Of a stretch of 64,000 nt of DNA, positions 32,816 to 46,407 are shown piece by piece. The notes beneath the pieces are model-generated. The model searched no databases, was not told the DNA's origin, and worked only from the letters and a program-made list of their open reading frames with translations. This DNA comes from Monocercomonoides exilis PA203 (Eukaryota > Protista > Preaxostyla), in assembly GCA_001643675.2 (NCBI GenBank), contig LSRY02000010.1, positions 992,001 to 1,056,000 of the forward strand, given 5' to 3'. A program made the position numbers and the translations under genes. The first letter of the stretch is position 1; the number at the start of each line of letters is the position of its first letter.

Positions 32816-33299
32816 TCTGAGTCATTTAAGCATTTGTGAAAAATGCAAAATGAAAATGAAATAGAAAGAATTTGAAATTTCGTATCATCAAAGGAAAGCC
32901 AATATAATATCCGACACATTCAAAAAAATATCTTAATAAGGTCAAGATAATAAAAAAACACACTTTCTTTATTTAACAAATTCTTGTTAAATGGGGAATA
33001 ATCAGATCATTAATTAATGCTATTATGGGAATGGAGATAAAAATTAACCAACTGAAAAATTAACCATCTTATTATAATAAAGATATTCAACAATGATTTC
33101 ATAATTAAATTCACAGTTATGATGGAAAGCACTTTTTTTTGACTTATCTTTTTTATCATAAACTAAAACTTCCTAAAACATTGATTTGTTAATATTATTT
33201 CTTCCAGATTTTAAAATCAATATTATTTTCTTTTTGACTTTCACAGATTTCAATCCTTTTGTTTCTAATTTCTTTTTCAAAAACAGAGCACACAGTTCC

Positions 33300-35100
33300 A
33301 GACTCGATTGTGAATTGAATCACCAGAATTCTTCTATTGTTTCTCTCCGTATCCTCTTTCAATTGAGAGTGCCTTGCTCTCCATTTGCCATTATCTATCC
33401 TCCCTTTTCTTTTTTCCTTCTTTTCCTTCCTCTTTTAATAGGCACTGTCCTTCTTTTCTTCTTCCACTTCGCACATTTCCATATGTTTATTGATCCATAT
33501 TCTTCACTTTGTATTTATATAAGTTCATTCCTTTCTGTTAAACTGATCGACTGATTGATTTGAAGCATTGTTTGAAATGTCACCTTTTTTCTTTATTTAT
33601 TATTCCAACTTCATCTTCAAAGGCCTTCTTTGAGAGTTGCAAATGTTCATCACATATTTTTCTTTCAAAAAGAGAAGCTTTTAGTGATTCTCTTTCTTTC
33701 TTCTTGTTCGGATCGTCAAGATCTTTCATATTCTATATTTCTTTTGTTATAATTCTTTCATAATTCTTCACCTTCATTAGAGGTCATTTGGCCTAAAAAA
33801 AAGGTTTCAATCACATTCATATCGTTGAGCTCGAGCTACACATAATATTGGAATAAGATCTCCAAAGTGGAAGGCAACCACAAATAAATAAAAGAGAATC
33901 CTGTGGATAATGTATTCGCAAAAAGATCAAAATACCTCAGATGAGCATCCCGTAACTGTTGAAAATCATCATTAGCACGCTCATGCAGGCAGTCGGGAAA
34001 TGCATGTTTCATCCTTTCAGAATTGAATGCACTTGATTTCTCCTCTTGGTTGAAAATTCAGTTCTTAATTCAAAGATAATAATATAAGTATCTCCTTAAA
34101 ATGAAAATTAATGATGGATGCATGAGATAAAAGATTTATTCATTCACAAACTCGAAAAATTATATGGTTAATTTAACAACACAAATGAACAAAAGTGGAA
34201 AGCAATACTCTCTCGAATTTGTACAAAAAAGAAAGCATTTGCATTGAAAGCATCAATGATAATGAATAAGATATTTTATCGATTTTCTTTAAAGAATAAG
34301 TTGAAGTTTTCGTTCAATTGAATGTGCATCTGAAAAACTCATTTTTGATTAAATGTTCGATTGATATCCAACGAACACATGGATTAAATATTCCACAGAA
34401 ACAATATTTGAGAAGAGCATTTTTTGTTTATAACATCAAGTGACAATGGAATATGTGTATGAAAAGTGTTCTTAGAGAAGAACATTTCTCATCAAAAGCA
34501 TTCAATTTTTGAAATGGAGACATAACGACGGATTTCGAATATCTTCCGAAAGCGCTATTTCCATCAGGAAAAAAGAATAGATCATGTGCTTGTGCAACTG
34601 TCCAGTTTTTTCTGATTCCTCAGTGTTTGACAGATACTATGAAGATTAATGGAAAGCATCTGAATTTGTCTACAGCGACAGCAGCAATACAAAGAATCCA
34701 CACAAAATAACGTTCAAAATAGTTGTTGCTATCTTCGTTCTGATGCAAATGAAGTTTGATTAGAGAAAAATCACTTTCCTCCGAAAACATATTCTCCCTT
34801 TCATATGAAGAGGAATTGCCTTACTGTTGTGTTTCTTGAGTGCGTCTCATGGAAAAGTTGTTTTCCTCATTCTTCTCCAAATCTTAGTTCAACTGAAAAA
34901 TAAAATGGGTTTGAATGTTCAAATCTTTTTATAACATCAGAAAATATGAAAATATTTCAATTGATGTTTCACTCTCACCAAATTGAAGAATCTCCATCTT
35001 TTCTGTTGGTGCTTGCATTCATTGCTTTTCTTTATGACACAAGATTATTTGGCAATTGAAGCGTTGGACATTGACCTTCTGTCACTCAACAAAAAAATGC
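33300..35100 (-). pseudogene. Possible highly decayed Tc1/IS630-like transposase relic
   Basis: Broken minus-strand fragments ENMFSEESDF (cf. FSDES.F), CIAAVA..FPLIFI and NDMNVIET (cf. SPDLNPIE); many stops; no TIRs identified. Confidence 0.2.
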
Positions 35101-36463
35101 TTCATATTCGGTCATTTCTTTTGTTCTGTTAATTTGTGATGATTATCAGAATTTCATTTCTTTTCAAACGTGGAATTCAATGAGCCTTTACAAATAATCT
35201 CAAAAAGACAATTATTCACAAAATTTGTCAAATCTTCAAGCATCACATGTTGTTATTTTCAGTTTCATCTTCTTCACAAAAAATTGATAAAAACCTTTCA
35301 TGCACATGCTTCGTTTGTCAGTTTCACCTTTTCTCTGAGCTCAAGTTTTTGCAATCTATTCCAGTCAAAAATCAGAAATATTGTTATTCAAATTGAAAAT
35401 GAAAATTTCCCCCAAAAAATTTAGCTTCTACAAATAATTTATTGGTTGGATCACAAAGAAAAAAATATTTACCTTTTCGCCTCAAACAGTCAATTATTTT
35501 GGTTAATTGACAACTTTTTGTGTATATATTTATTAAGCAAAAACAAAATAGTTTGGATTGCGATATTTTTTATTTGCAAGAAAATCATCAATGCTTGAAT
35601 TTGCATTTGATTTCATCGGATGACAAACAATTTTAAACAAAGGAGATATACGAATTATAAACAGAATGAAAACATCTTATGGTAATATGTCTGCTTGTAA
35701 AACTAAAAAGATGTCTTTGAACGAAAAGTTATTAAGTTGGCTCGGTTGGATTTCTTCTTTGAATGTTCAACAACTAATATATTTGTGAATTTTGAAGAAT
35801 CGTTATATGAGCTTGAGCATTGCACTGAAATTGAGCAGAAACAGAAAATCGAAGAAATGAATGAACTCATGTGCATAATGAATGAAAGAGAATTTTTGTA
35901 TATCTTTTCAGAAGAATTGTTTAACAAAATAGACAAAATGATTGAAAGAAAGAAATTGCCTTTGTGCAATTCAATTTTATTACTGAAGCGCATTGATTTG
36001 TGCATGGCATCGGGGTGCATATCCATCATTGATTTTTCAAGTTATTCTTTGAGCGAAAGACTTGAGAGGATGATTATTAAATCAGCTAAGAAAAAAGGAC
36101 TAAAAAGCAAAAAGTTTCTTGCTGACCTTTGCGAATGCTATCTTTTGTTAAACGAAATATTTTCTTCAGAATTGCTTTCGATTTGCGTGCCTTGTCTTCT
36201 GAAAGTTGCATTGAACAAGGAGAGAAACGAGAAAGTTCAAAAAGAGGTGGAAATGGCTTTGTTTATATTGAGCTGCATAAATAAAGATGATGTATGAGTA
36301 TTTCTATTTCACTTTTTCCCCCATTTATAAGTATAGAATTTATATTTTATAGTTTTTTGAAAAACAACATTATTTGAATGAAATCAAAGTGATCATCCTA
36401 TATCATCAGAAACATCAGAATCTTACACGAATTGCTTTTGAGTCGGCTTGGTAGTTTTTGATA

Positions 36464-38745
36464 GGGTGGTTTTTTTTATCCGGATATTTTTTTATATGGG
36501 AATGAAAAAATAAAAAAAAATTTATTTCACGATAGCATGTTTGTTTCTTTTAAAAAAAGGACACTAGTAATAAATATAGTCAATCAACTCTCTTCAGATT
36601 ATTTTTCTGGAATTTTCTTGTTTTCTTTCATCTCAAGAATATTCATCCAAAAACACTATTTTTCGTGGAATTCTTCTTTTCTTTGGTTTTTCATCCTCAA
36701 ACAATTTTTTTTCCACAGTTTTTTCATTATCATTATTCATTATCTTCTTTTCTTTCATTTTCATTTGATTTCTCCATTCGTCCAAAAATTTTAGGTCGGT
36801 TATCATTTTCGCATGAAAATCAAATCTGTTGTTCTTTTTCTTCAGTGTGACAGAAGGCTCATCATGCAACGTGGAAAGAACAACTTTCCATTCATTTGAC
36901 ATCACTCCACTTTTGACAAACGAAGAAACAATTGTTTCAAGCAATTATGCTGTTTGTAGAGGCTGGGGAAGAGCATCTGCAATCGCTTTTTTTCGAAGAT
37001 AGACAGATGAAGAAGAAGGAACGACATATTTAGTGTTAAAACATTTTTTGAAGAAGGAAAATACTTCACGATCGAGAGGCTGAGTGAGGTGCGTGCTGTG
37101 CGGGATAAAAGTCACCACGTCGATAGAGGCATCAGTGAATTTTTGCCAAATGTCGGGCTGAGCTCTCGATGGATGAGAGTCCAGCAGAAGAAGGCATCTG
37201 TCTTCATCTTTGTTTAAAAGAGTTCGTCTTTCCACGATTCCTGGAATGAGAACATCTTCTGTATATCTTCTAAATATAACTTCGGTCATCCAGCCATCGT
37301 TGTCTTCCCAAATATTTGTAGTTGAACTGAGCATCATAAGCATTTCGGTTTGAATCTTCTTTGAACATCATAAAACGATGCTTTTCTAAGAATAACCGTC
37401 TGCAGCAGCTGCAACGCACAATGTGGCGTTTGGTATGTTCATGAGCGTTTTGTTGAACCCAGCTGGTGAATCGGAAGGATGTACAACAAGCTTTTTGGTG
37501 GTGTCTGAGAGGCGAAGTGAAGATTCGTCGGTATTAAATATCGATGAAAAGAATATTTGTTGTTGTAATGAAGATGTTTGAGAAGTTCGTAAAAAATCTG
37601 GAGAGTCTGTTTGTTTGACACAGCCAATCGTTGAATATCAACGTTTTTTGGAAGAGATACTTTAAGGTGTGGATTCCTTTCAATAAATGAGTAGGGCGAT
37701 GATTTCGAAATTTCAACTTCTTCTTTTTCTTCTTCAAATAGATTTTTTTGTCTGTCAGAAATAACGGATTCCATCTAAAATAAGGTAACAATCAATTATT
37801 ATTTGTTTATGAATGAAAAACCAAACCAAATGTTTCATTTGAGAAACAGAAATGCTCACTCCACTTGAACTTTCGCAGCGAATAACATCCTCCTGTTTTC
37901 TTTTCATCGTCTGTTAGTAACTCTGAGTGACCAATTTTGCCGACTTTTCTTTTATTTTCCAAAGCTGTAATTGCTCTGTTAATGGCTGAACTGCTGAATT
38001 CATGTAGATTCGCTGCATCAACTATCCTTGCCTTTCCATCTAATACAATTGTTGCAATTCGTTCCAAACGATTTTCTATTTGTCTATAGTCAAATGCCAT
38101 CATTTGATTTCTAATGTTTAGCAATCCTTGTTCTATTTTGTTTTTGATAACACTCATAATAATAAAATTTTGGTAATGATCTTTTTTTTATTTGGGGGAA
38201 AATACGGACTTTCAAGCTTTTTTTGCTTTTGGCTTTGAATAATTGTTTCTCTCAAAACTTTATTTAACATTCTCCAATTTCAAAATAAATTTGATATTCA
38301 TATCTGTAAACAGTTATCATTTAAATCAAAACATGAAGAATTGAATCATTTTTTGAATGTCAAAAAATGGACCGATTTTTATTGTGTTTTTTGATCTTAA
38401 AAAATTAATGAAAAGTGCACAATTCTTCAATGAAAATGCCTGAAGGAAAATATTTTGCCCCATTTTTTAAAAAAATATTTTTTTTGAAATGAAAAAAAAA
38501 ATCAAAAATTTTTTTCGATTAAATTCTAACTTAGTAATATCCCTTGGTATTTCCTAATCTCCTCAGGGAAAGCACTAATCAGATATGGAGTAGCAAACAG
38601 CCCCATCAGAGATTAGGTGCAGTAGTTTTATTTGAAATTGAAATAGCTGAATTATCCTTATATATCAAAAACATGATAAAATATCCAAAAAGTGAGAAGA
38701 AAAAATTCATAATAAAAATTTTTGTCCGGATAAAAAAAACCACCC
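36464..38745 (-). mobile_element. Degenerate pogo/Fot-like DD35D transposon (second subfamily) with frameshifted transposase ~36630-38157
   Basis: 21-bp TIRs GGGTGGTTTTTTTTATCCGGA (36464-36484 and 38725-38745); flanks TA / TT (mutated TSD); fragments LLLLDSH..QPLD and FDYRQIENRLERIA are homologous to the 29384 transposase. Confidence 0.9.
38194..38461. mobile_element. ~268-bp putative MITE, copy 2, nested upstream of the decayed transposase
   Basis: Ends gggggaaaata.. and ..tattttgcccc; homologous in reverse orientation to 14617-14883. Confidence 0.6.
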
Positions 38746-39326
38746 TTAATAGATTTTACAAAGATAAAAGTTTGGAAGAAGTGATTGTGAATGAGCTGCA
38801 TTTTGTGAGAGAGGCTTTAAATGAAATGGAAGAGCTAACGATGTGCGTGAATAGAATGATAAAAAATGAGGAAAGAGAAAAAGAAACAGTTGAAGAACAT
38901 GTTTTGTTGAAATGGATGCAAATGCTGGAGGACTATTTTTTCTGTTGCCAAACGAGAAATGAGGAATTTTCAGAACTAATAGGAAAAATTATTAAGGTGT
39001 TTCGAGCAGCGAAGGACAATTACAAAAAAACTAGAAGGCAATGGATTTATACATTAAGTGAAGCAACGAAAAGCAAAGTTGTGGAAATTGATTACTTGTT
39101 GAAAGGCAGGACTGCTGGTCTCATTTTTGAGGAACTTCAGCAATAAACTTTGATGGATGCGATTGCATGAAATTGCTTGTTCTTTTTTTTGAGTTTTTCA
39201 GGAAGACAAAAAGAAAAGACGAATGGTAAAGCTGATGAAGGAAAACGAAAGAGATCGAAAAAACAATTATTTGAAAGGATGGAAGAAAATGGATTCGAAG
39301 ATAGCATTACAAGCTTTTATGAAATA

Positions 39327-39777
39327 CAGTCAAAACCGGATATTATCACATCGGTTTTTGCACAACTTTTTGTGACTATATCCGATTGTGATTATACACG
39401 ATGATGCTTTCCACAGAAAAAAATAAAAATGAATTATCAAACAAATTTAATTTGGGTCAATTTTTATATTTTTGGAAATTCTGCACAAATACACTTTTGT
39501 TCACTTTCGAAATTAATTTTTATCATAAATACACATTATTTTGACTTATTTAAGCACATTTTTAAAAACACGAAAAATTGAAATTTTTGATCAAAAAATC
39601 GATTTTTCATTGAAAAAATCACCCATAATAATAAAAAATGTGATTATATATTTTCAGTTCTGTGATTGTTTACGATGGAAAATGAATGAAAAACAAACAA
39701 AAAATGACTGTGCATCGAAAAATGTGACAATATACGAATTTGATTATATTCGACGTGATTATATCCGGTTTTGACTG
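39327..39777. mobile_element. Non-autonomous Tc1/pogo-type MITE, 451 bp
   Basis: 27-bp TIRs CAGTCAAAACCGGATA(T/A)ATCAC(A/G)TCG matching 25/27; TA at 39325-26 and AA at the right end; no ORF; interrupts a host codon. Confidence 0.88.
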
Positions 39778-40620
39778 AATTTGGTTTTCTGAACAGAAAA
39801 AATTATCCTGCTTTATATTTAAACGTTGAAGATTACTCTGTAAATATTTAATGAAACGAAACTCCTTCAATTTCTTCTATCGAAATTTCAATTTTTCTTT
39901 TTCATTCATTTTACAAAAAAGACAACAATTATTTGAAGAATTTCAGTTGGAATATTTTTTTTCATTTTTCAAAAAAATGAGAAGTGGAAATCTTTTCTTT
40001 TCTTTCCATCATGAATCTTCTTTGAATGAATGATCACCATCCTCCTCCAAAAAGATATTTTTCGACATTGGTAATTGTTAATGGCATCATTTATTATTTC
40101 AGAGTGTTGATAATTCACAAGTTTTTTGTCATCGCCAAAACAATTTCCTTAATATGAAAAATGAATTTCAATTATTTCAGAGGAAAATTTCTTGGAGATG
40201 ACAAAAAATAACTTTTTAATTAACTTCTGGAAGAATATTCTAATCGCACACACATACACCCATATTAAAAAAACCTTGGATCCTTTTCAAAAACCTGAAC
40301 CAAAATTCCAATGTTAATAACAAAAATAATAATTTTGCATGAAAAAAATAATAATAAGAACTCATGAATATTCATTTTAATTTCAATCTTATTATTTTGC
40401 AAGAAAAAATTCTTATTTCGTATTATTTTTCAAGACATTCATTCAAAATTTGAAAAAAAGAATAAAAAATAAGCTAATCTTCAAAACAGAATCCTTTTTT
40501 CTATTGCATTAATTGCATTCAAAATAAAGATTATTATTGAAAAGTTTCTACAAAATCAAGGTATTTTAAAAATAACATAATAAAAATTATAGAGTGCTCA
40601 CCAATTTTCATAAGTTACGT

Positions 40621-43600
40621 TCATAAAAGATTTCTAAGTGGGCAACGTTCAATTCTGCTTTGACCAGACTCATCTTTTGACACTCTCCAATAGTAATCAC
40701 TCATTCCATCTGTCGCAATATGTCGAACAAACTCTTCATCGTGGGTGATGATGATCAACTGAAAGTTATTCTGTCCTCGAAGCGAATTTACAAGTCGAGA
40801 CAAAGCTTGTGCAAATGACTCGATATTCGCTCTATCAAGATTTGTCGTCGGCTCATCCAATGCAACCATTCCACAGCGCAAACAGAAAGTCTCAGCCAAA
40901 GCAAGACGTATAACAAGACATGCAAGGCCCTGCACAATGAATGGAAATGTCATTCGAAAAAATAAATTGAAAATGCATTTCAACAGCAATAATAATAATA
41001 ATAACAATCATTTATAAAATGTCAATAACAAAATTTATCAAAAGTTTTCTTTATTTACAACAATGAATCATCAGACATACTTTTTGTCCAGCGCTGCATC
41101 TGCCCCGCATATCCATCTCAATGTCGTTTTTGAACATAACAACGCGATATGTGTAAGAGCGCGACCGAGTTGTGGTTGTGGCAGATGACGGCATGTGAGT
41201 GGCTCGCCCATCTTCTTCTTTTTCCTTCTCGTCCTCGATGTCGCTTTTGATCTCGATGTAGTCAATGTCCCCTCCTCTGTATATCTCCTGCCATTTCTCG
41301 CGAATTGAGTGGTTTACTTCCGCCATGCGAACACTGTGGTACTTCATAAGTGCCCTGTGTTGTGTTCGTCATGTTGTTTGTTCGAAGAACAATTCATAAG
41401 AAAAAGCACAAAAAGAAAGATCAAAAACGCAAATATTGATGTTAAATATAAGATGATGAAAATTTTCGAAAACAACTCAGTCAAACTTGTCAAGTGCACT
41501 GTGAAACTTAACCAGATCGTTTCGCGCCATTTGCGTGGTCTAATTTATATTTCCAATCATATAAGATTAAAATTGCATACAAGAGAAATAAAATTCAATA
41601 AACATGAATTTTTCAAAAATAATTAATAAAAATGTTTTTAAAGAGAAAAGAAAAGAAAAAGTCAGACTTTCAATCTCATTGAACACATTCTATACATTGC
41701 CTCTGTCGCATGCATATTCTTCAGCTGCTCAGTTGTTCTTGCGATTGACTCTGTGAAGTTCTGAATAGACGTTTCAGTCACAGTCTGCTGCTTTTCGATT
41801 TCTTGGCGTTTTTGCTCGGCAGCTGAAAGCCGCTCGTTGCATCGATACAACTCAGATGACGGAGACTTCAGCTGAGCATCCAAATCTGCTATCTCGTTTT
41901 GAAGCTGCTCCAGTTGCTTTATCTGTGAATGATAAATACAACATGTATTTCGTATAAAAACAAGAACAAAGAAATGAAGAAAAGAACATTATTGTTTCAA
42001 TTACAAACAAATTTTCAAACAAAAGTTATTTTTTTTGAAACAAAAATTGAATAAAAGATTTTTTCGAATCATTAAACAAGGAACTTTAAAAAAAAAAATA
42101 AATGAGAGCTTAATGATGGAAATAATTGAAAAATTTCTCAAACACTCACTTTCATCAACACACTTTTTTCCTGTATTCCATATTATCCTCAATATTTCTT
42201 TGCAAAGAAGTCTGAAAAGCGCTTACGTGTCTTTTCTGGTTGAGCTCCTCAGACAGCTGCTCGTCTTTTGCAACAAGCTCAGCAATGTCCTTGTCAATGA
42301 CACTCACTTCATCGAGAAGAGTGGATGTTTGCTTGCTTGGCTGGCATTTCTCCACTTGGCTAGATGACAATTGAGGAGAAGAGAAGGAGGTTGTGATGAA
42401 ATATTTCATAAGAAAAAAAGTTATTAAATTATTAATAATTATAATTATTACGAATACAAAAATTCGACAGAGGAAAATAAAAGAAAAGAAAATTTATGAA
42501 AAAAACAACACACCTTTGGAATTTCGTAACAAGATTTTCAAGATGTCTTAAATCTTCGCTATATTCATCTGTTGCCTTTTGAAGCTGCGATGTCTTCATT
42601 TTTTGATGCTTTTCTGTCTCTACAATTTCGTTCGATGCTTCTGCTTCTGCTGCTTTCAGTTTTTTCAGTTCATCTTGTCGATTCTGAATTAATGGATCAA
42701 TCATTGGAATAATGCCATGTGAACGAATTAACCAATAAAAAGTGAAATGACACAAGTTTGTTTTGATTGTAATGAAAGAAGAATAACATTCAAATACAGA
42801 AACATTGAGATTATTTTATTTTAAAAAGAAAGAAGGAGGGAAATGATAACAAGGAACATTAACAATACAAACCTTGGATGCTTGTGAAATGAGATTGATT
42901 TTTTCTTCCTTGTCTTTGATGGATTGACTAAGTCTATCAACTTCACTTTGCTTCTGTTTCAGCGATTCCAAAGCATGCTTCAAGCCTAAAAGGTTGTATT
43001 TCTATTTTATGAAAGATAATTCATTCGTATTCCAAACAGAAAGATTTTTCATTTTTAAATGAAGACAACATTAAATCTTAAAAAAAAGAAAGATTTTTCA
43101 GAAAAAGGCAAGAAACCTTTTTATTCACAGCTTCCGTTAATTCGTTGCATTTTGCTGAAATTTCTAATTCGGCTGCTTCCAATGCTGCTTTTTCTGATTC
43201 AAGTGAATCCTCTTTCTCAAAGTCATATCCTTCATCTGATATTTATTAAAAAAAGGCAAATATTGATGAAAGATTCAGAATAAAATGAAAATATGAAAAG
43301 AATAAAGAAAAATAAAGAAAAATAAAAATAAATCAATAAATCAAAAAAAAGATTAAATGTATAGAAAAAGAAAAGAAAGAAATACACAAAAATAAATTGA
43401 ATATTAATAATCGTTCCAAAATCTAAACAAAAGTTGTATTTTTTCTTGGAGGATTGTATCAGAGCAGCAATCACTTAAAAATTCAAAACATTTTTCAGAA
43501 ACTGTTGAAAGCACTGAAAACTGCTTTGGTAAAGCACTCTTTCTATTTCCTCCTTTAAAATGCACCAAACATTCACCAAATACAGAACTATTTCAATGCA

Positions 43601-46366
43601 TACTTTCGTTTTCTTTCAGAAGCGCTTTTTCCTTTTCTACATCCTTCCGAAGCTTTTCCTGCTGGCGCAAAAGACTTATTTAGAATAAGAGTAATGATAA
43701 ATAATAATAATAAGCAATTAAATATAACAGGCAAAAAAAAAAGCCGAAATAATATATTTTCATTATAAAATGAAAAAAATAACAGATAAATGGATAATTT
43801 ATCAAAACAGTTCGTTTTTCCTCATTCACTACCAAAACATAAAACATAACAAAGCAGCAAACTTAGAGATCGCTTGTGCTTGTGAAAGCAGCTTTTCCAC
43901 TTTTTTAATTCTGTTTCGTTGTTCTTCTTCAATTTTCTTCAGTTCAGCCACTTCGCTCAATCGCTCTTCTTTTGACTGCCTCAGCTTACTCAGCTCAGCC
44001 TGCAGTGGAGGCAGTGAGTTGTTTATCTAACCACAGGTGATAATAACAAAGAAATTCATACGAACATACATACAATCACACACACACACAAAAAGAAGAT
44101 TTTTTTTGACAGTGTTTAAAAAACATTGCAATACTTTAATAAACAAAAAATAAATTCATATACTTTTTTAACTTCATCATAATAAGGCTTCAGATCCATC
44201 AGAGATTTGTATTTCTTCTCTTCTTGCTGCAGCTCTTTCTCTCCTTTTTGACGAAGCATTGGGCCTTGTTCCACATGAGAATTGGCCTTTGTAATTGTCA
44301 CAAGAAAATAAAAACACATTTGAATGACAAGAAGGCATTTGATTTCATTGAATGAAAATAGCAAAATTGCAGGAAAAAAAAAAGCAATAAATAAATAAAT
44401 AAAAAAATCAAAATAGAATCATGAAGAATAATTATAAAATAAATAAACCATTTTGACGAATGCATCAAGCTGATTGTCAACAAAAGCTCTGTTGCAAAGC
44501 GGACATTTGCACTTTTCCTTTGCAGATGTAAGGAACTTCTCATAAAATGTGATTGTCAGCAAAATCTTCTGTGCATTTCTGGATGAGAACGATGAATATG
44601 AAGAAAACGATGAATTACAATGAAAATTTCATTGAGAAAAAAGGAAAGTGAATTAAAAGAAGTGCGAAGTTTGAAAAAATATTAAGATAACAATATCAAA
44701 AAATAAGATTCAAATAAAAACACAAATAATTAAAGCAATAACAGCATTACATCCAAAAAGAATAGAAAAGAAAAGAAAAAACTAATCAATCCATACTCCT
44801 TCTTCCTCTGCAGCGCAGCACTCGATTCATTTATCTCCTCTTCCAGCGTCTCTTCATGGCCCTTGATTTTCTCCTTCATATTCACCAGCTTCCTCTCCAG
44901 CGTCCCCCTCTCCCTCTCCTGTATCAGCATGCTTCCCGAAATCTCGTTTGTCTTCTTGATAATGTCTGATGTCTTCTTCGAAATGCGCTGAAGGACTTCT
45001 CTTTCCACCGCCAGCTGCTCCGCCGCCCGCTTTTCTGCATTCGACGCATCGAGTGTGTCAATGCTATCAAACAGTGGAGATGTTAAAGCAGTGCCCGAAG
45101 AAAATGAAGAAGAAGAAGAAGCAGTTGTGGAAGAAGAAGAAGAAGAACCTAAAATTGGGGAAGAGGATGGAGAACGAGAAGAAGAAGAAGAAGAAGAAGA
45201 CAACTTTGCATACGAAGCTGATGGAGAATACGAAAGCTGCGATGACAAATACGGCTGAGAATATTGTGACGACTGCTCAGACGGCGAAGGCGACTGCAGG
45301 AAATGCTGCAGCGTCCACTTCATTCTCTGCTTCCCTTCCTTCGCCTCTTTCATCACGTCCTGTGAATCTCCACTCCCTTTCATTCCACTTTCCTTTCCCG
45401 AAAACGCCGGCAGCGGAGACGGCGCTGGCTCCACTGCCTCTGCGTTGTACGACGGCACATTCTCATTCACAGCCTGGATGAGTGCAGTGAGTGCCTCAGC
45501 GAGCGACAGCTCAGCTTTCTCCAAGTCAGCCATGCGGATCTTCAGCTGCGCCTTCTGCTGCGCCGACGCGGCGATGATCTTCAGCTCCTGCCGGATGCGG
45601 GCGAGCTCTCTGTTGTTGGTCTCCCTCCGCTGCACGTTTCTCCGCAGCTCTTGCTCCAGCGCATCAACCGACCCTTCCCCATCGATCATCTTCTGCAGCA
45701 CTACCGGATCGCCTTTCGCTTCGCCCGCAAACATCTCCTCGTTCTTCTGCTGCCGCTGCCTCTTCAGCGCCCGCACTTCGCTCTGCAGCGCATCAAGCTC
45801 TCTTTGCTCCATCTCTTCTTTTGTCTGCAGCAGGTGAATTTGCTGCGTGGTCTCCTGTTTCTTCTGCAGCGCCTTCTCCACAGACAGAAACAGCGCAGTC
45901 TGCGTCGTTTCCAACTCTGCCCGCTTTTCATTGGTGGCTGAGCGGAGGAGCTCAATCAGATGCAGAAAGGAGTCTAACAATGCAGTGTTGTTGTCTTCTA
46001 TTGAGGTGGAGAGGGAGGAAAGAGGGAGAGGAGGTGAGGATGGTGAAGTGGGGGTGGTGGTGGTGAAGGAAGAGGAAGAGGAGGAAGAGGAAGAGGATGA
46101 AGTGGAAGAAGAAGAAGAAGATGATGATGAAAGTGCGTCAACAGTTTCTGTGCTGACAACTGTTGGAAGAGTGATAAGATGGCTCCATTGGTATCTGTTA
46201 ATGATTGAGGAAGAAAGTGTAAGGCATTCTGTTTGAAGAGATTTAAGTGTCTGAAATGAAGAAATATTGAGAATTGAAGCACGATGAGATTCACGTCATA
46301 GCGATAGTACATAAAATGAAATTACGTTATTATTTGGGGAAAAAAAAAACCAAATTAAAAATAAGA

Positions 46367-46407
<41 letters not shown>

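Larger units (their letters stand above)
35737..39851 (+). pseudogene. Pseudogene of the same family as 1..1239, disrupted by two insertions and nonsense mutations
   Basis: Exon 1 has LCECY/VQKEVEMAL and an intron at the same site. SAW*FLI|NRFYKDK rejoins across the 36464-38745 insert and FYEI|FGFLNRK..DYSVNI* rejoins across the 39327-39777 insert. Confidence 0.85.

Noticed and set aside
38544-38745. N-terminal part of the 200-aa ORF 38544..39146 as a real gene start
   Set aside because: Chimeric: it reads out of the transposon TIR into the interrupted host pseudogene
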